Counted from the stretch's first letter, positions 37,148 through 50,285 are shown. The stretch: 64,000 nucleotides of DNA from Octopus bimaculoides (GCF_001194135.2 NC_068991.1:40399423-40463422); one strand, 5' to 3'. Numbers and translations are program-made. The notes: a model not told the origin generated them from the sequence alone.

Positions 37148-40100
37148 CTGTTCAATGATCTAAATGAACTTCTACATGTTAACTTCACTGTATTGTTGGA
37201 CACTGATCTGAATTCATATTTTCTATGAACATCTTTAATATATTATGAAATGTATGCTACAAATATTTTGTATTTAATTCAGAAGTCTTTGCACACTATA
37301 TCCTGACTTTTACACCATTTTAGAGAAATTTTAGAGAAATTGTTTGGTTATTCCAATATGGAGTGTAAGCAACATTTTATACAGTCCATTAGTCTAAAAT
37401 TACAACTCTTTTTATACAAATAGTTTTTTTTGTTTTTTCTTTTAATTACTCTTTAGATTTTAGCCTACTGTTGTGCAGTAATTAAATTTATAAATAACAG
37501 AAATAATTTAATTTAGATGAGTTAATTGTATAATCAATGAATTTAAGTCAATATTTCTGCTTCATGTTTAAGTATGGAAAGTAACACGTGAAGATTGTTA
37601 CTTCTGTTCCAGTTTTGACTGAAGGTATTTATTGCTTTCTTTAAATGACCAAGCCAAGTAATATAATTTTGTAGGTATGAACAATGTATGCTATGTCAAT
37701 AAATATAAATGTGGATAATGATAATGATGATTTAAATTTGACATGGATTTTTTTGTCAATTTCAAAAGAAAAATTTTAACATGGAGTGGAACATTAAACC
37801 AACAAAGCACTACTCCTTCCTCTCCCAATGCTGTCATTCTTTGTTAGACTGCTAAAGCATTTTCACATCTTCTTTCATGGTTACACAAATTTTTAAATGC
37901 CTTATTCATAACACAGTTCTTCTTACGCATTCTATATAGTCAGCTACTCTTGGCTAATATTCTCCTGTCCCTATAGTATACCTCCCATCAACAATCATTT
38001 TCATCTAGATACTTGTGTCCAATTTTGAGAGCTGAGCTCCAATTATATTTAGTTTTCCTGAAGACTATTGTTTCTAGACCATTCCAGATTGGAAATAAGG
38101 ATGAATAGATGAAGCTGGGGCAATTAGTATTTAAATTGAATTATTTCAGCTTGTCAGAGAGAAAAAGCATGCAAGCAGTAATTTACAGAGGAATACTTGT
38201 CTAAAGCAGAAAGATTGGACATAGTTTAGATGGAAAGGTTAACATTATTGAATTAAAGAGAGAAAAATGGTACAATATTAAAAAGGTTTGTTTGAGGATT
38301 ATATAGAGTCTGTGGTGTCACTGATTGATGGAGAACCAGTGAGTGGAATTTCTCAAGGCTTTCAGTTGCTATGTTTTGTTGTTTGGGTGTGAATTCTTTC
38401 TACCTATTGCTGATTTCTCTCAAGTTTTGTTGGCTGATTTTATTTCCTACGTAGCTATTGCCAGCTTCTAATGAACTATTCCATGATTTGGTTATACATT
38501 AGTTGTAAGGATTGTTTCTCTCATTTGCTTAACATTCTCAAAGGTGTTAGGAATGACACTCAATTAATGTCATAAATCGTCAATGGAACTGTTAGGGGTC
38601 CAACTAAATAACTTGAAAGTCAGTTTGATCATGTCAGTAGTAAGATGACATCTATTATGTATAATTGATCAAATAATTTCATGGGTGAAAGCACCTTAAC
38701 CTTTGAGTTTGACATAATTTTGGAGTGTGGGAGAGATCAAACATGTTCAGAGACTTGGAAAACTGATCAAGACAAATTTAGTAAGAAAATTTGCTGCAAG
38801 TACAAGCTGTTCAGAATTGTACTGAAGCTTCACTTGAGCTTTGACAATCTAATTACATGCTTACAGGTGTCGTTGAATTTGGTTATCTGCTCAGTTCAGA
38901 AAAAGACTACTTCAGCAGATGCACATTGAGGCATGAGAAAGTGGAAACTAAACACTGTTATGGGAAATCATTGTCAGAAAAAAACTTGATTGACATAAAT
39001 ACAATAATTTTCTTTTTAAGCCTTCAGTTAGCTCTGATCTAAGAGATTCTAACCAGGATCATTCCTTTTTGTTTTCTGAGCATAATATATCTGGAATTAT
39101 GTCCTTTATATCATTTCTTTTCTAAGACAAAGATTGTGACTTGATAAAGATTTCTTCAACAGACCAAGTGACTCCCTTGGGTTTGATTGAGCAGTGGTTA
39201 GATTAATGTGCCACTTTCAGGACAGTGTTTGAGAAAAGAATGTGGGGTTGTTGGTTATTATGGATGTAATCAGTTACAAGAAGTGTAGTTAATGTTGTGG
39301 TCAAATTAATGATTAGGACTGTTTTTATAGATAGGGGGAAAATGTCAAGCACGCTAAACCTGGAACCAGTAAACATAATTTCTCCTTAATGATTATTTGT
39401 AAATTATAGTAATCTTTCTGCATTTTCTTTCTCACATTAGTTATATAGAATACTTCTATTTGCCTGCCATCATGTTGCTTTATTTTTCTTCTATACATTT
39501 GTCATTTGGAACAAACTGCTTGCATAGATTCTCATTGCTTATGGTGTTTAAAATTTTAGATGAGTAACTTATGTTTAATCATTGAGATGTATGATAGGTT
39601 TGTCCTTTTACTAGCGACATGATATTAAAATAAAATCTACAAAAGCTCAGTGTATCAGTATAATGTTAACTTGTCTATATTAAAAGCTTGTAAATCTAGA
39701 GTTGTTTTAAATACATTATACTATAGACATTATAGTCAAAAACTATTACATCCTTTTCTTTCTTTTGGTTTACATAAATAACATATTTATCTAGCTGTTA
39801 TAAATAAAAACTGAAATAATTTCTATGTGATGTGTAACTATAACAATAACATCTGTTCTACTGTCATGTCACTTTGTAATTCTCATCTACATTTAAAATT
39901 TTCTAAATCATATGTACCATCTAAATATAAGCATAAATTAAAAAGTATTTAAGATATTTTTGTCAGTTGAAGTGTCAGGCCGAGAATAAGTATTCAAAGA
40001 ATATCTCTTCTAAACTTTCAAACCACTTTCTATAATTTCACTTATCTCCAAAATTTCTTCAGTTATTTTGTAATTTTCTCTCTAATACAGCATTTGGGAG

Positions 40101-40453
40101 AAATATTTATTATGTGCACGTGCACACACACACACACAAATTTTTGTTATACCTGTACATTTTTTAAACAACTTACAAACAAGTAGTTCTTGCCACACCA
40201 ACAATTCTTGTCTTATACTCATCTTAACCCCAATCATCTTCTGATGTCATAGCTAAAATTTACTCTTGTAAGAAAATAACTTCCTAGAGAAGTATAGTTT
40301 TTTCTTTAGCAAGAATATTGGAACTGTTTCATAAAAAAAAAAAGTCTGAAGTGTTGTAGAAACAGTTTAAAACCTATTTTCCATTTTGCAAAGCAACAGC
40401 AAGTAATTTGGTATATTGAATTTTCACCTTTATACACATATTAACAATGGGTT

Positions 40454-40558
40454 NNNNNNNNNNNNNNNNNNNNNNNNNNNNNNNNNNNNNNNNNNNNNNN
40501 NNNNNNNNNNNNNNNNNNNNNNNNNNNNNNNNNNNNNNNNNNNNNNNNNNNNNNNNNN
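40454..40558. other. Assembly gap (N run) 160 nt upstream of the candidate microexon. Other gaps are at 21796-21842, 52065-52145 and 55532-55971.
   Basis: N runs in the sequence. Confidence 1.
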
Positions 40559-40718
40559 TTTTTTTTTTTTTTTTTTCTTTTACTAAAATGTAGTTGTCCA
40601 AAAGGAAGCTGCCGATGTTTAAGTCATGTTCAAACGCTTGTTCTTGGATTTGTGACTTGTGCCAAATTTTTTTGTGTGTCAACTAATTGTGTTTTGCTGC
40701 TTTTATCTTTGCTTCCAG

Positions 40719-40754
40719 GAGCACAGTGTAATCCACCTGGACAAAATGTACCAT
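40719..40754 (+). CDS. PMCA: Candidate 36-nt alternative microexon of PMCA at splice site A (GAQCNPPGQNVP)
   Basis: Branch-like aactaat at 40681-40687, a pyrimidine tract with TGC motifs ending gcttccag|, no AG from 40624 to 40716, and a consensus donor CAT|gtaagt. The 36 nt are open in phase 1, matching exon D. There is no transcript evidence. Confidence 0.62.
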
Positions 40755-43700
40755 GTAAGTTTCTCACCCAATTTTGTGCTGCCAACAATTGCTGGTTGCC
40801 ATTGCCAACTTTTGTGCTCTGATGTGATTGGTCGTATATGTCTGTGCGTGCTTGTTATGTATGATAGCTTCTGTAGCTGCCGCTGCTGTTTTGACTTAAC
40901 TCTTGCACTGTTTGTTGTTTCACTGTGGTGGTTATATTGCTGTAGTTGTTCAAACTACTTTGGAAATAGGCATTCTTGTTCACTTTTCCTTAACTCTAAT
41001 TAAAATCTCATCTGATGAATGGAATATCCATTGACAATGGTCATGGTTGACTTGAATACATCAGAGAAAAACTAAACTATCTACTTCGCATTTTTTTTTT
41101 CTCGCTTCTGGCTTAGGGTTATGAAATCCAATTATTTAAATAAAAATCTATTTAGAGTGTTATTGTGGCAAGTGTTTATGAAGTTTTTACAAAAAGGTTG
41201 CCTCACTCTAAAGCAAATTAGATTTTGGTTGTGGAGTCACTACTCTTTGCAATTCCACACTGATTTCCCCCTAGCCCCCTTTTTTTTAACTTTTTTTTTT
41301 TAGTTTGGCTCAAAGTCACCTAAAATAAAATACTTAATACTATTTTAAACATACCACCTGCAGTTATTCCCCAATATCAAATTGTTGATGTTTTACTTTC
41401 ACATCTTGTATTTCAAGAATGCCTTCTTTTGCTCCAAATTAATGATCTACCTGTAATCCTTTTTACCTTTCTGTATATCTTTTCACATTTCTAACATCTT
41501 TAGTTAATTTTCTTTCCTTTTTTTTTTTCTGAAAAAAAAAACATCCTCATCATTTTAAGTATCTCTAAAATAAATAGCTTGATAAGAAATGAAATTAGAA
41601 TTCAAATAAATTAAGTAAATCGCTAAAACTATATTTGAAAACTAGTTATATATTATCAGTAAATAATGCAAAACAAAAGCAGAAGTTGTGCGTAACTATT
41701 TACATAGAATTCTGTTTTGATATTGTTGAATTAATAACAAGAAAACTAATTTTTATAATCTTGTATGTGATTGATTGAAATTAAAACTTAAGACGATACA
41801 ATCTATTACAGATTTTATGCATGTTTCAATATAAACGTTATTATATATATATATATGCATGTCCATCTATGAAGAATTTTCTAATTTAATGTTTCTTTAA
41901 GTATTCGAATTATTTAAGTTTCTTTTGTTGCTACTATTTTAAGATACTCTAAATATCCTCTTTGCTATTTCTGGTACATTAAACATCTTTGCTGCTTCAA
42001 CACTCATTTTCAATATTACATTTGTCTGCCCTGCTGTTTAGGCTCATAATGGAGTCAGCTATAACTGAACATTCTTAGTGCTTTTTTGTTTTTTCTTCCT
42101 TCCCCCTCCCTTCAAATATCCATCACCTATCAAGCTTCTGCTTTAAAAGTTAACACTAAATGCAAGAGCTATGTCCTTAAAGCATCTAGGCTTACGGGTT
42201 TAAATATTTTAGTTGCTCTTTTTTTTTTTTTAATTTAAGAATATTGCCCACATAAGACAGAGAATACTAGATTTAAATTTTATTTCTCTTAATTACATTT
42301 TTTTTTTCTTTTTGTTAATTTTTATGCCCAAGATTTATTTCTGTATAGAAACAAACCTCAGCTAAATTTTTCTTTGTTTGTTTGTTTTCCAATAAACATC
42401 TAAAACATTTAGACACGCAAATTCTTTGTTTTTAAAATATTAAATATGTTTTTTTTAATATATTGCTAAAATATCTAGAAAATTAATAAACCATAAGCAA
42501 TAAATTTTAAATGTTCTGGTTTTCACAATTTTAAGTAAGGAAATGAAACAACATAAAGTCATCATCTAAAATGTTATATTTTGTTTACATAGTATTAAGA
42601 ATGCAATTACTCGCTAAGTTTATTCACAGATCTCACTCATACAGACTAAGAAATTCTTAATAGTTGCTCCCTGTTAAAATGCCTTCAGGACTGGGTGCTC
42701 TTGTCTAACTGTAGACTCCAAATTCTGTCATACTTGTATCTCTTGGCTTGTAGCTGCTTGCATACTAATGAGTTCTCAATACTTACCTGTGTGGCTGGCA
42801 AGGACTTTTTTTATTTAACAACTGCATTTTGCTTTTACTAAAGTTTATTTGAAGAATTTAAAATAATACAATAATATTTGGTGTATTTGTTTTTACATCT
42901 TTTTGATCTAATTAAATTGACATTTAACTTCAATTAAACTTCTGGTAAATGCAAATAAATTCCTGGTACATGGGCATCACTTGTACTTTTACTGTTTATT
43001 TCACTGTTCTAACTCTTTTGTCTACAGATACCTGTATTCATTTGTTTATTGCTTCAAATGTTATTAATGTTGCTTTCATTCTGTTCACCATTGTTATATT
43101 TTTCAGACAAATTTTACAATGTATTTCATGAATGAATTTTTGTTTGTTTGTTTTACAGTACAACTTGTTGTTTGTGCTATATAGAAATCAATTAAATCAT
43201 TACAAAATGATTTTATATATATTTTTATCATAATATAAACCCTTAAAAATGTATGCCAGTAACTAACAATTTTTTTCTTTCATTCAAATATCATTCTCTA
43301 ACTTCTACATTTTGTCAGCTGATACAAAACTTAGCTCAGCATAGTAAAAATAGTCAATACTACTCTCCTTTCCTAAATGCCTTCTTTTCTCAAGTTAAAA
43401 CTTAGTGGATCCTAAATATTCAACTAATGTTTGAAAGATTGACAAACTATTTAGTGGGGTATGGCAAAACATTCAACTCTATTAAACCTGACTAAGTAGG
43501 AAGTTATTATTAGTGGAAGGTGTAAGTCCTTAGTGAGCCATATCTACATATCAGTGTCTTTTCTTGTTTAGAGCCACTAACATCCTGAACGCTTTGTCAG
43601 TAAGCATGAACATTGCAACCTCCCATTCCCTTTGAAATATCTAAAGCCTCATCTATATCAGAATCAATAGCTTTCATTATTGTTATAACTATTATTTTGA

Positions 43701-43872
43701 AAAGCACAATGACTAGTTTTTGAATATGTGCATCACAGTACATATTTTGGTGTGTACCATAGAAAATAAGACAGTTTTCAAAAGTTTTACTTTATATAGA
43801 GGTTTATATCTATTTTTAAAATCACTGTCATCCTCATTATCATTATTATTGTTATGAAGTTTTGTATGATAA

Positions 43873-46164
43873 CACTGGTCAACATTAATTTCATTGCCAA
43901 AGTTATTGGAATAATGTTTATGGTAGGTTTAGGATGCTGATCTGAATATGGTATCAATTTTACCAGATTGGCACTAGTGCTTGACATAACTGAAGACCCC
44001 ATATTTGAAAATTTATTGACCTTAGCTTTCTGATCCCTTATCATTTTTATGACAGTTGCTGAACTGATTTTTAGGTATTAAATCATCCAATTTATTTCAT
44101 AGTAAATGATAGAATTAAAAATATTATTTTTAATAAAGCATCAGAACCTATTGACATAAAATGTCAAAACAATACACTAAAAATCATTAAAAAATAAGGA
44201 AAATGTTTTATGGCATCTTATACAGTAATAGTCTACAAGACAATATATAGATACACTGGCTAATTAAATATTAAAATATACAAATCAATGCCTTAAAAAA
44301 CACTGATTTTTTTTTCTTGTGTATATGGTTTAGCTGGACATTCATGCTGAAGGGTCTAGCACTAATCTACCATTATGTGTCTGTCCCATCTGCCTTGATA
44401 CCTTTCATTTATTACTCTTATATCCTGATGGAACCTCTCCCTTTGTTCCTCACTGAAATCTTCAAGATTCTCTGGAAATATGCCCAAGTGGTTATTTTCA
44501 GAAAACTACAGTCTGAAGAAGCAAAAAATATTCATATTCTTCCTTTTAGTTTTTCAATTCTGAAGTCCAGGAATGAGCTGCAAATGTACTTGAAGCAATC
44601 ATCATCATTGTCCAAACCTTTGGCAAATTGCTTCATCTGTTCAAGTCTGATATAGAAGGGATGAAAAATGATATTTTCTTTGAAGTAATGATTGTCTCCT
44701 TTGAAGTTCATGTCACTTTTTGTCAATGATCTTGCTTTGCTCTACAATCTCATAAGCTTGTGAAATAAGGTTATTTCATGTACCCAGTTTACTGTCCAAG
44801 CAACCAATTCACCATCTTTAGGTCAAAGCAAACAAACCACTGTTGCTCATGATAGAGTTTCTACAAGACAATTACAACATTTTCATATTCTGTAAACTTA
44901 ATTGAATGAGTAATTGGTAAAGACACCTAGCTGTTTCTATTGTGTAATAAAACACATTTCCATGTTCTGGTAGAGCTGTCTATGAAAAGCCACCAATCTT
45001 GTGGGTGATATTCTGGTAGTCCTATTTGGAGAAAAAGTCTCGGAGATGTTATTATCAAAGACAAAATCTTCATGTTTGCTGAAGTAAGGAAGAAGTGCTT
45101 ATTATCCCTTTTTGATAAGCTGTTACTTAAATTTCTGATTTTTTTATTTTTATCCTGGATACTTAGATTCAATGAACTGCTTTGAAAAACTGGTGCTTCG
45201 TACCAGATCATTAAGTTTTTTTTTTGTTTGTTTTGGTTTTTTTTTGAGAACTGCTTTGGTGTTATTTACTTCTCTGGTAAGCACCAAGCTCTGCATTTCA
45301 CATTTCTTCAAACTCTGGCAAAGGAATGTCAGACAGAAGGGTAAACACTTGTATGGGAATTTCATTGCTGTGTGATGCAGGCCACTTCACAGATTCCAAA
45401 TCAGGATGCTCCTACGCTTCTTGTAGCAATAGAACCCTTTCACAACCACTGTGTTGGTTTTACAGTTCTTCACACACCATAGGCACTCAAAAGTTTTAAT
45501 TTTTTATTCTTTTTCCATTTGTCCATTGTCAAAAGGACTCTACATAGATTTTTACATACTATTTAGTGAGCCCATGACTTATCTTGCTCTCTAAGCTTTA
45601 CTCCCAAATAAGAAAGGTATGGTTATTATATTTTTATGCTTTACTGTAAATATATTCAAGCAAAATACGTTTGGATAGTTTAAACAGATTCTTTATGGTG
45701 AACTCATATTTACATCTTTACCTCCCAAAAATAATGAAAAATTGATTATTAAATCTGAGAGACAATTTAAAATTAGATTTGAAATAAAAATTAAGATACT
45801 AATAATGAAGAGTAAAATATGTAAACAATAACTTTGTTGCATATTTCAGCAAGTATATTTGGTAATGTTCAATGATTCAGTGATATTATCAAATGCAGCA
45901 TCACTTGTTGGACATCCCAAGTTAGCCAAGTTTTCAAGTGACCAAGGTATTACAATCTGAGACCTAACTTAACTCCTAACCTACATTTTGATCTGATTTA
46001 GAAAAATCCTTGTGTAACATTATAATTTGAGAATTCCATTATTTCAAAAACTAGTGCCAATCTGGTAAAACCATCATTTTTGGATTCAACATCCCCAAAT
46101 TACCATAAATTCATTTGCATAATGTTGGCAATTAAAATTTTTTTTTTCCTTTTGTTGGCCAGAG
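43873..46164 (-). mobile_element. Chapaev3-like (CMC superfamily) DNA transposon relic, 2292 bp, long imperfect TIRs, TAA TSD
   Basis: The ends are taa|CACTGGTCAACA ... TGTTGGCCAGAG|taa. Subterminal inverted matches include ttttaccagattggcactagt (~43958) and actagtgccaatctggtaaaa (~46050). The minus strand reads EYHPQDWWLFIDSSTRTWKCVLLHN and FHPFYIRLEQMKQFAKGLDNDDDCFKY (WRLFIDSS..SLK.VLLHNG; LPPLHIKLGLMKQFVKAL). Confidence 0.75.
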
Positions 46165-47639
46165 TAATGTGACTATAAGTATCTCTTTAATATGGTTAAC
46201 TGTAAAATAAGTCAAATGAAATACCATTTCTTATTGGTGTAGTCAATAAGTTACAAACTGGTATTTACCTCTCTGTTGCCACTCATACTCTCGTATGGTT
46301 TGCATGTAAGCATAGCACCTGCTTTCTGCTGCAATTTATTGCAACTATTGCTTGTATCAGACTGCAGTATTTTTCACTTTGTTTTGTTTATGCATTTGTT
46401 TTTTGTTGTTTTTATCCAATTTTTCATATTTTAAACTTTTTAAATATTTTCTTTTAATTTTTTTTTCATTGTTGTTGGGAATATGTACTTTGTTTCCCTG
46501 AGTTCTTTTTTATCAAGGTCTCATGGGCACAAAACCTTATCATCAGGGTGCTCATCATTTAAAGTGACAGATTTTTGTACATGCTTTGATTTACTTTTAT
46601 ATTGTTTTTGAACTTAATTTTCTATTAGCCATTGTAAGGTTTGATATCATTGCATTGGAAATATTCTGATAATCACAAAAGATCCAAATGATGCAAACCA
46701 GTTTAGGATAGTTTTAAGAAATAACCTGTATCATAGTTTAACCTTCATTTCATTCTTAGTAAAAAAAAAACACTTCATAGACACCATTGGTAAAAAATAA
46801 ACCATTCTGATTTTCACTAAGTTTACAAACTTCTTAGATAATGTCATAAGGTATTTAATAAAAAAAAACATTTGAATTCAGCAATTAAGAATCACTCAGC
46901 CATAAGCTATTAAGGATTTAATTTTCCAGTTGATAACACTTTATCCTAAAAGACACTATCTACCCTACAGAGTTCAAAGTAGCTTATTCTCATAAAAATG
47001 TTTTTAGAAAAAATGATACAATATACAACAGCTCTATAAATAAAGATTAAACATTATTTTTTTTGCATATAAAACATAGAGATAAATTACCATATTGAAA
47101 AATTAATGCAAATGAGCCCTCTACTACACTGCTTAATGAAAATCATGGGTGTCAGAAGACAAATGTTGCACAACTAGGGTCTCTGATTTTTTTATTGCAC
47201 AAGGACATAAGAACATCATGCAAGTATGAATTATCAGAAGAAGAAAAAAAGAAAATAGTTCCTTTCTTATACATAAAATAAAAACAACTTATCCTAGCCA
47301 ATATGCCACAAATATTAATATGTAGGGGCCACGTACCTGACAATAGTCATTACAACAGCAAAGGCATAAACAAAGTGCATACACTATCTATCATACTAAT
47401 GCTGGTCAGTTTGATGGTTGTCAAATGGTTGAAACATTGCTGAAGAGAAGCTCTGGCTAATTAGATACATATTCACAAAACAGAAAGAAGGAAACCAGTC
47501 ATGGTGTCACTGAAATGTATCTGAAAAGAAAGCTATTGGCCACTATGTAATTACATTAATGCATGTACACACTCTACTGTATGACCAGTGAATCAGTCGT
47601 AGACATATTTAAATAGTGTTACCTTATAAGATAATAGTG

Positions 47640-47646
<7 letters not shown>

Positions 47647-47690
<44 letters not shown>
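47647..47690. repeat. (TA)n microsatellite
   Basis: Pure atatat run. Confidence 0.97.
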
Positions 47691-47692
<2 letters not shown>

Positions 47693-47989
47693 ATTTTGAA
47701 GCATCAATGAAGCTATAGAGTGATGCACACGCATTCAACTATGAGTGCATTGCATCTTCTAGCACAAAATGTTGTAAGCTAATGACATTCATGATGTAAT
47801 GTTTTATATCCTTGTCATTTTACTTTTTTTTTATTACTGCTCTGTACTTGATTGATGCTTTGTTCTGAAGCATATGTGTATTGAGTTCTAACATCAGAAT
47901 ATTAGTATCACTATGCCTAAATGAAATAATGAAAGATGAATTAATAGATATGTATTTACACACAGAACTTATATACTTGTTTGTGTCTG

Positions 47990-48165
47990 TATTTGTATGT
48001 ATATACATGTGTGTGTGTATGTATATATGTGTGTGTGTGTATATATATATATATATACACACACACATGCACACACACACACACACACATGTGAAGCTGG
48101 CAGTACATCATTAATAGTTAAAATTGTGTCGAACTTTTCTAATAGATAAACACACACACACACAC
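47990..48165. repeat. Compound (TG)/(TA)/(CA) microsatellite region
   Basis: Alternating gtgtgt, atatat and cacaca runs. Confidence 0.9.
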
Positions 48166-49229
48166 GCAAGTGTATTCTTATATATGTGGATATATATGTA
48201 CAACTTCTCAATGTGGTACTTAATCACATGTAATAACCATAAATGCTAGAGATCAATATTTTACATTGCATTTAACTATAAAAATCCACATCTTCAGTGC
48301 ATTCCATGAAATATGTTGCATATACCATGAAAGAGGCTACAAATGAGAAAGAGAACAAAACACATTTAAAAGAATAACAGAAGGAAAAAGAGAGTATTAG
48401 TGACATTTCAAGTATCCATTTCCTACAGCTGTTTCATTAATTGTTATGATATTTTATTAAGAACCATAAGTTACATAGTTATGATATGACTATATAATTG
48501 TATAGCTATGTAGGAAATGAATATGTGAAATATTTTCTTCCCTCTACAGTTGTTGGTCCAAATTTTTTTACTTTCTTTATCCATTGTAGCCTATTCTATA
48601 TTATATACAACTTACTACATGGAAAGGCAATTAAGATGTGAACTTTTATATTTGTGTGTGTGTATACACACATACATAGTCTCACACATAGGGAGAAACC
48701 AAACTGCTTGTGAGATGATTCTACCATCATGCACACTGTGGTACATTCATATTGATAAGAAAAATAATGTTACATCTGCAATCTGCGTATGTTCCTGCAG
48801 AACAAAAGCTGAACTGAAAACTCACTTGTGAGCCCATGATCATGCAAATTCATTGAAGAGAGGGCTCTCTTCTGGCAAGAAGTAACAATCAGCATGTGTG
48901 TGTGTATATATATATATATTTTAGATGTACATGCACACGCGCAAGTTTTGACTCAAAAGAACAAACCCATGTTCCTTTATGCAGATTTTTCAATGCTGGA
49001 ATTGTAGAATTGCAGATGATGATTAGTGTTACATTCTACAAGAAATAGAACTCTAGGTGACTCTGTGTGTGTGTATACCTACACATACATGCTCATGCAT
49101 GCACACACTCATGTGCCCTTGACATCAGCAAAACTTTCAGCCATATCTAACATGCAAATCTTCAACCAAAATGGCCCACCAAGGTAATCTGCATTCATCA
49201 CTTCCAATTATATTGTACCTTTGTGTGTG

Positions 49230-50285
49230 AATGTCGGAGTTATTTATACCCCAGTCTCAAACAAATTTTGTGTCCCTGGTTTTTCCCCTCCCCCCACTCT
49301 CTTCCTTCTATACATCAATGACCTACTTGCCTCCATGTCTAACACTGCTCAATCTTATGTAGATGACACCAGCCTTCATTCCTCCCTAACTTTCCCTGAC
49401 CATGCATTATCCACATGCAGCCATGACACTACATATCAAACCTGCATCAATTCCATAAAGAAGCCTTGAGAGCATCCCACAGTGGGGCCATGTTAAGTTA
49501 TCCCTTTTAACAGCAATAGAATTTAGCCCTTTAGCATTTAATCCAGCCATAACCGGCCCAAATATTCTACCTGTTTTATGTTCAAACTAGCCAGATCCAG
49601 CTTCTTACACCAACCCACCAATGTCTATCTAAAATTAAACCCTCACATCTTTGGAATCTCAAAGCTACAAGCTAATACATGATTAATTCAAAACAATGTG
49701 ATTAAATAAGCATTACATTTGACAGAGTAATCTGAACACTAAAGGGTTAAGCACTAATTGTATGAAGGTACCACTATCACACCACATCCCCTCTAAACAT
49801 GTGCAGCACTCAACCTAAAGCTCTCATAGTCACTCCAGTGCAGGGTCTCACTGTCACTGAGAATCTCTCCTGGCAAAAGCACATCCTTAACATCCTATGA
49901 CTGCATCCCCAAAGACTGGCCGTTCTCTTCAGTGTGAGAAAATATTTCAGTCCCAATAGATGCTGTCACTCTACAAAGCTCATGTGAGGCCCACAATGGA
50001 ATACTGCTCCCACACCTGGGACATTGCTGCTGCTACACTCACAGATATTGCAGACCACATCCAGAAGAGAGCAACTTGCAGGTGTGTTTCTTTTTTCTCA
50101 CTACTATAAAGGTGGCTGGTCTCATATCTCTATTACTCAGGTGCTCTCAGCCACTTACCTCTTTACCTCCCATTACTCTGCCACATTCAGTCTCCCTAAC
50201 CCACACTAACCATTGCCTTCTGGAAATTTTTCCCAGCTCATATCTTTCCTTCAAGAATTGACGTGTGATAGCCAAATGCAACATT
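49230..50285 (+). mobile_element. 5'-truncated CR1/L2-like LINE (RT C-terminal part), interrupted by a MITE
   Basis: Reads VPGFSPPPTLFLLYINDLL...QSYVDDTSLHS (PQGS.LSPTLFL.YINDL..YADD). After the MITE it reads GLTVTENLSWQKHILNI and LYKAHVRPTMEYCSHTW. Confidence 0.82.
49527..49746. mobile_element. 220-bp MITE, family M1 (piggyBac-like, CCCTTTAG...CTAAAGGG ends, TTAA flank)
   Basis: ttag|ccctttagcattt ... gaacactaaaggg|ttaa. Homologous copies lie at 18531 and 31719. Confidence 0.82.

Noticed and set aside
38845-38945. Acceptor ctaattacatgcttacag| with an open phase-1 frame (GVVEFGYLLSS...)
   Set aside because: There is no credible phase-1 donor and no PMCA similarity; it may be a LINE remnant.
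40986-40994. Perfect U12 branch-point consensus TTCCTTAAC
   Set aside because: No AG or AC acceptor lies 10-20 nt downstream and I saw no matching U12 donor, so it is probably chance.
42020-42060. Acceptor with TGC motifs (ctgccctgctgtttag|) and a weak GTCAGC donor 12 nt later
   Set aside because: In the phase required by exon D it reads NGC TCA TAA (stop). It is open only in phase 0.
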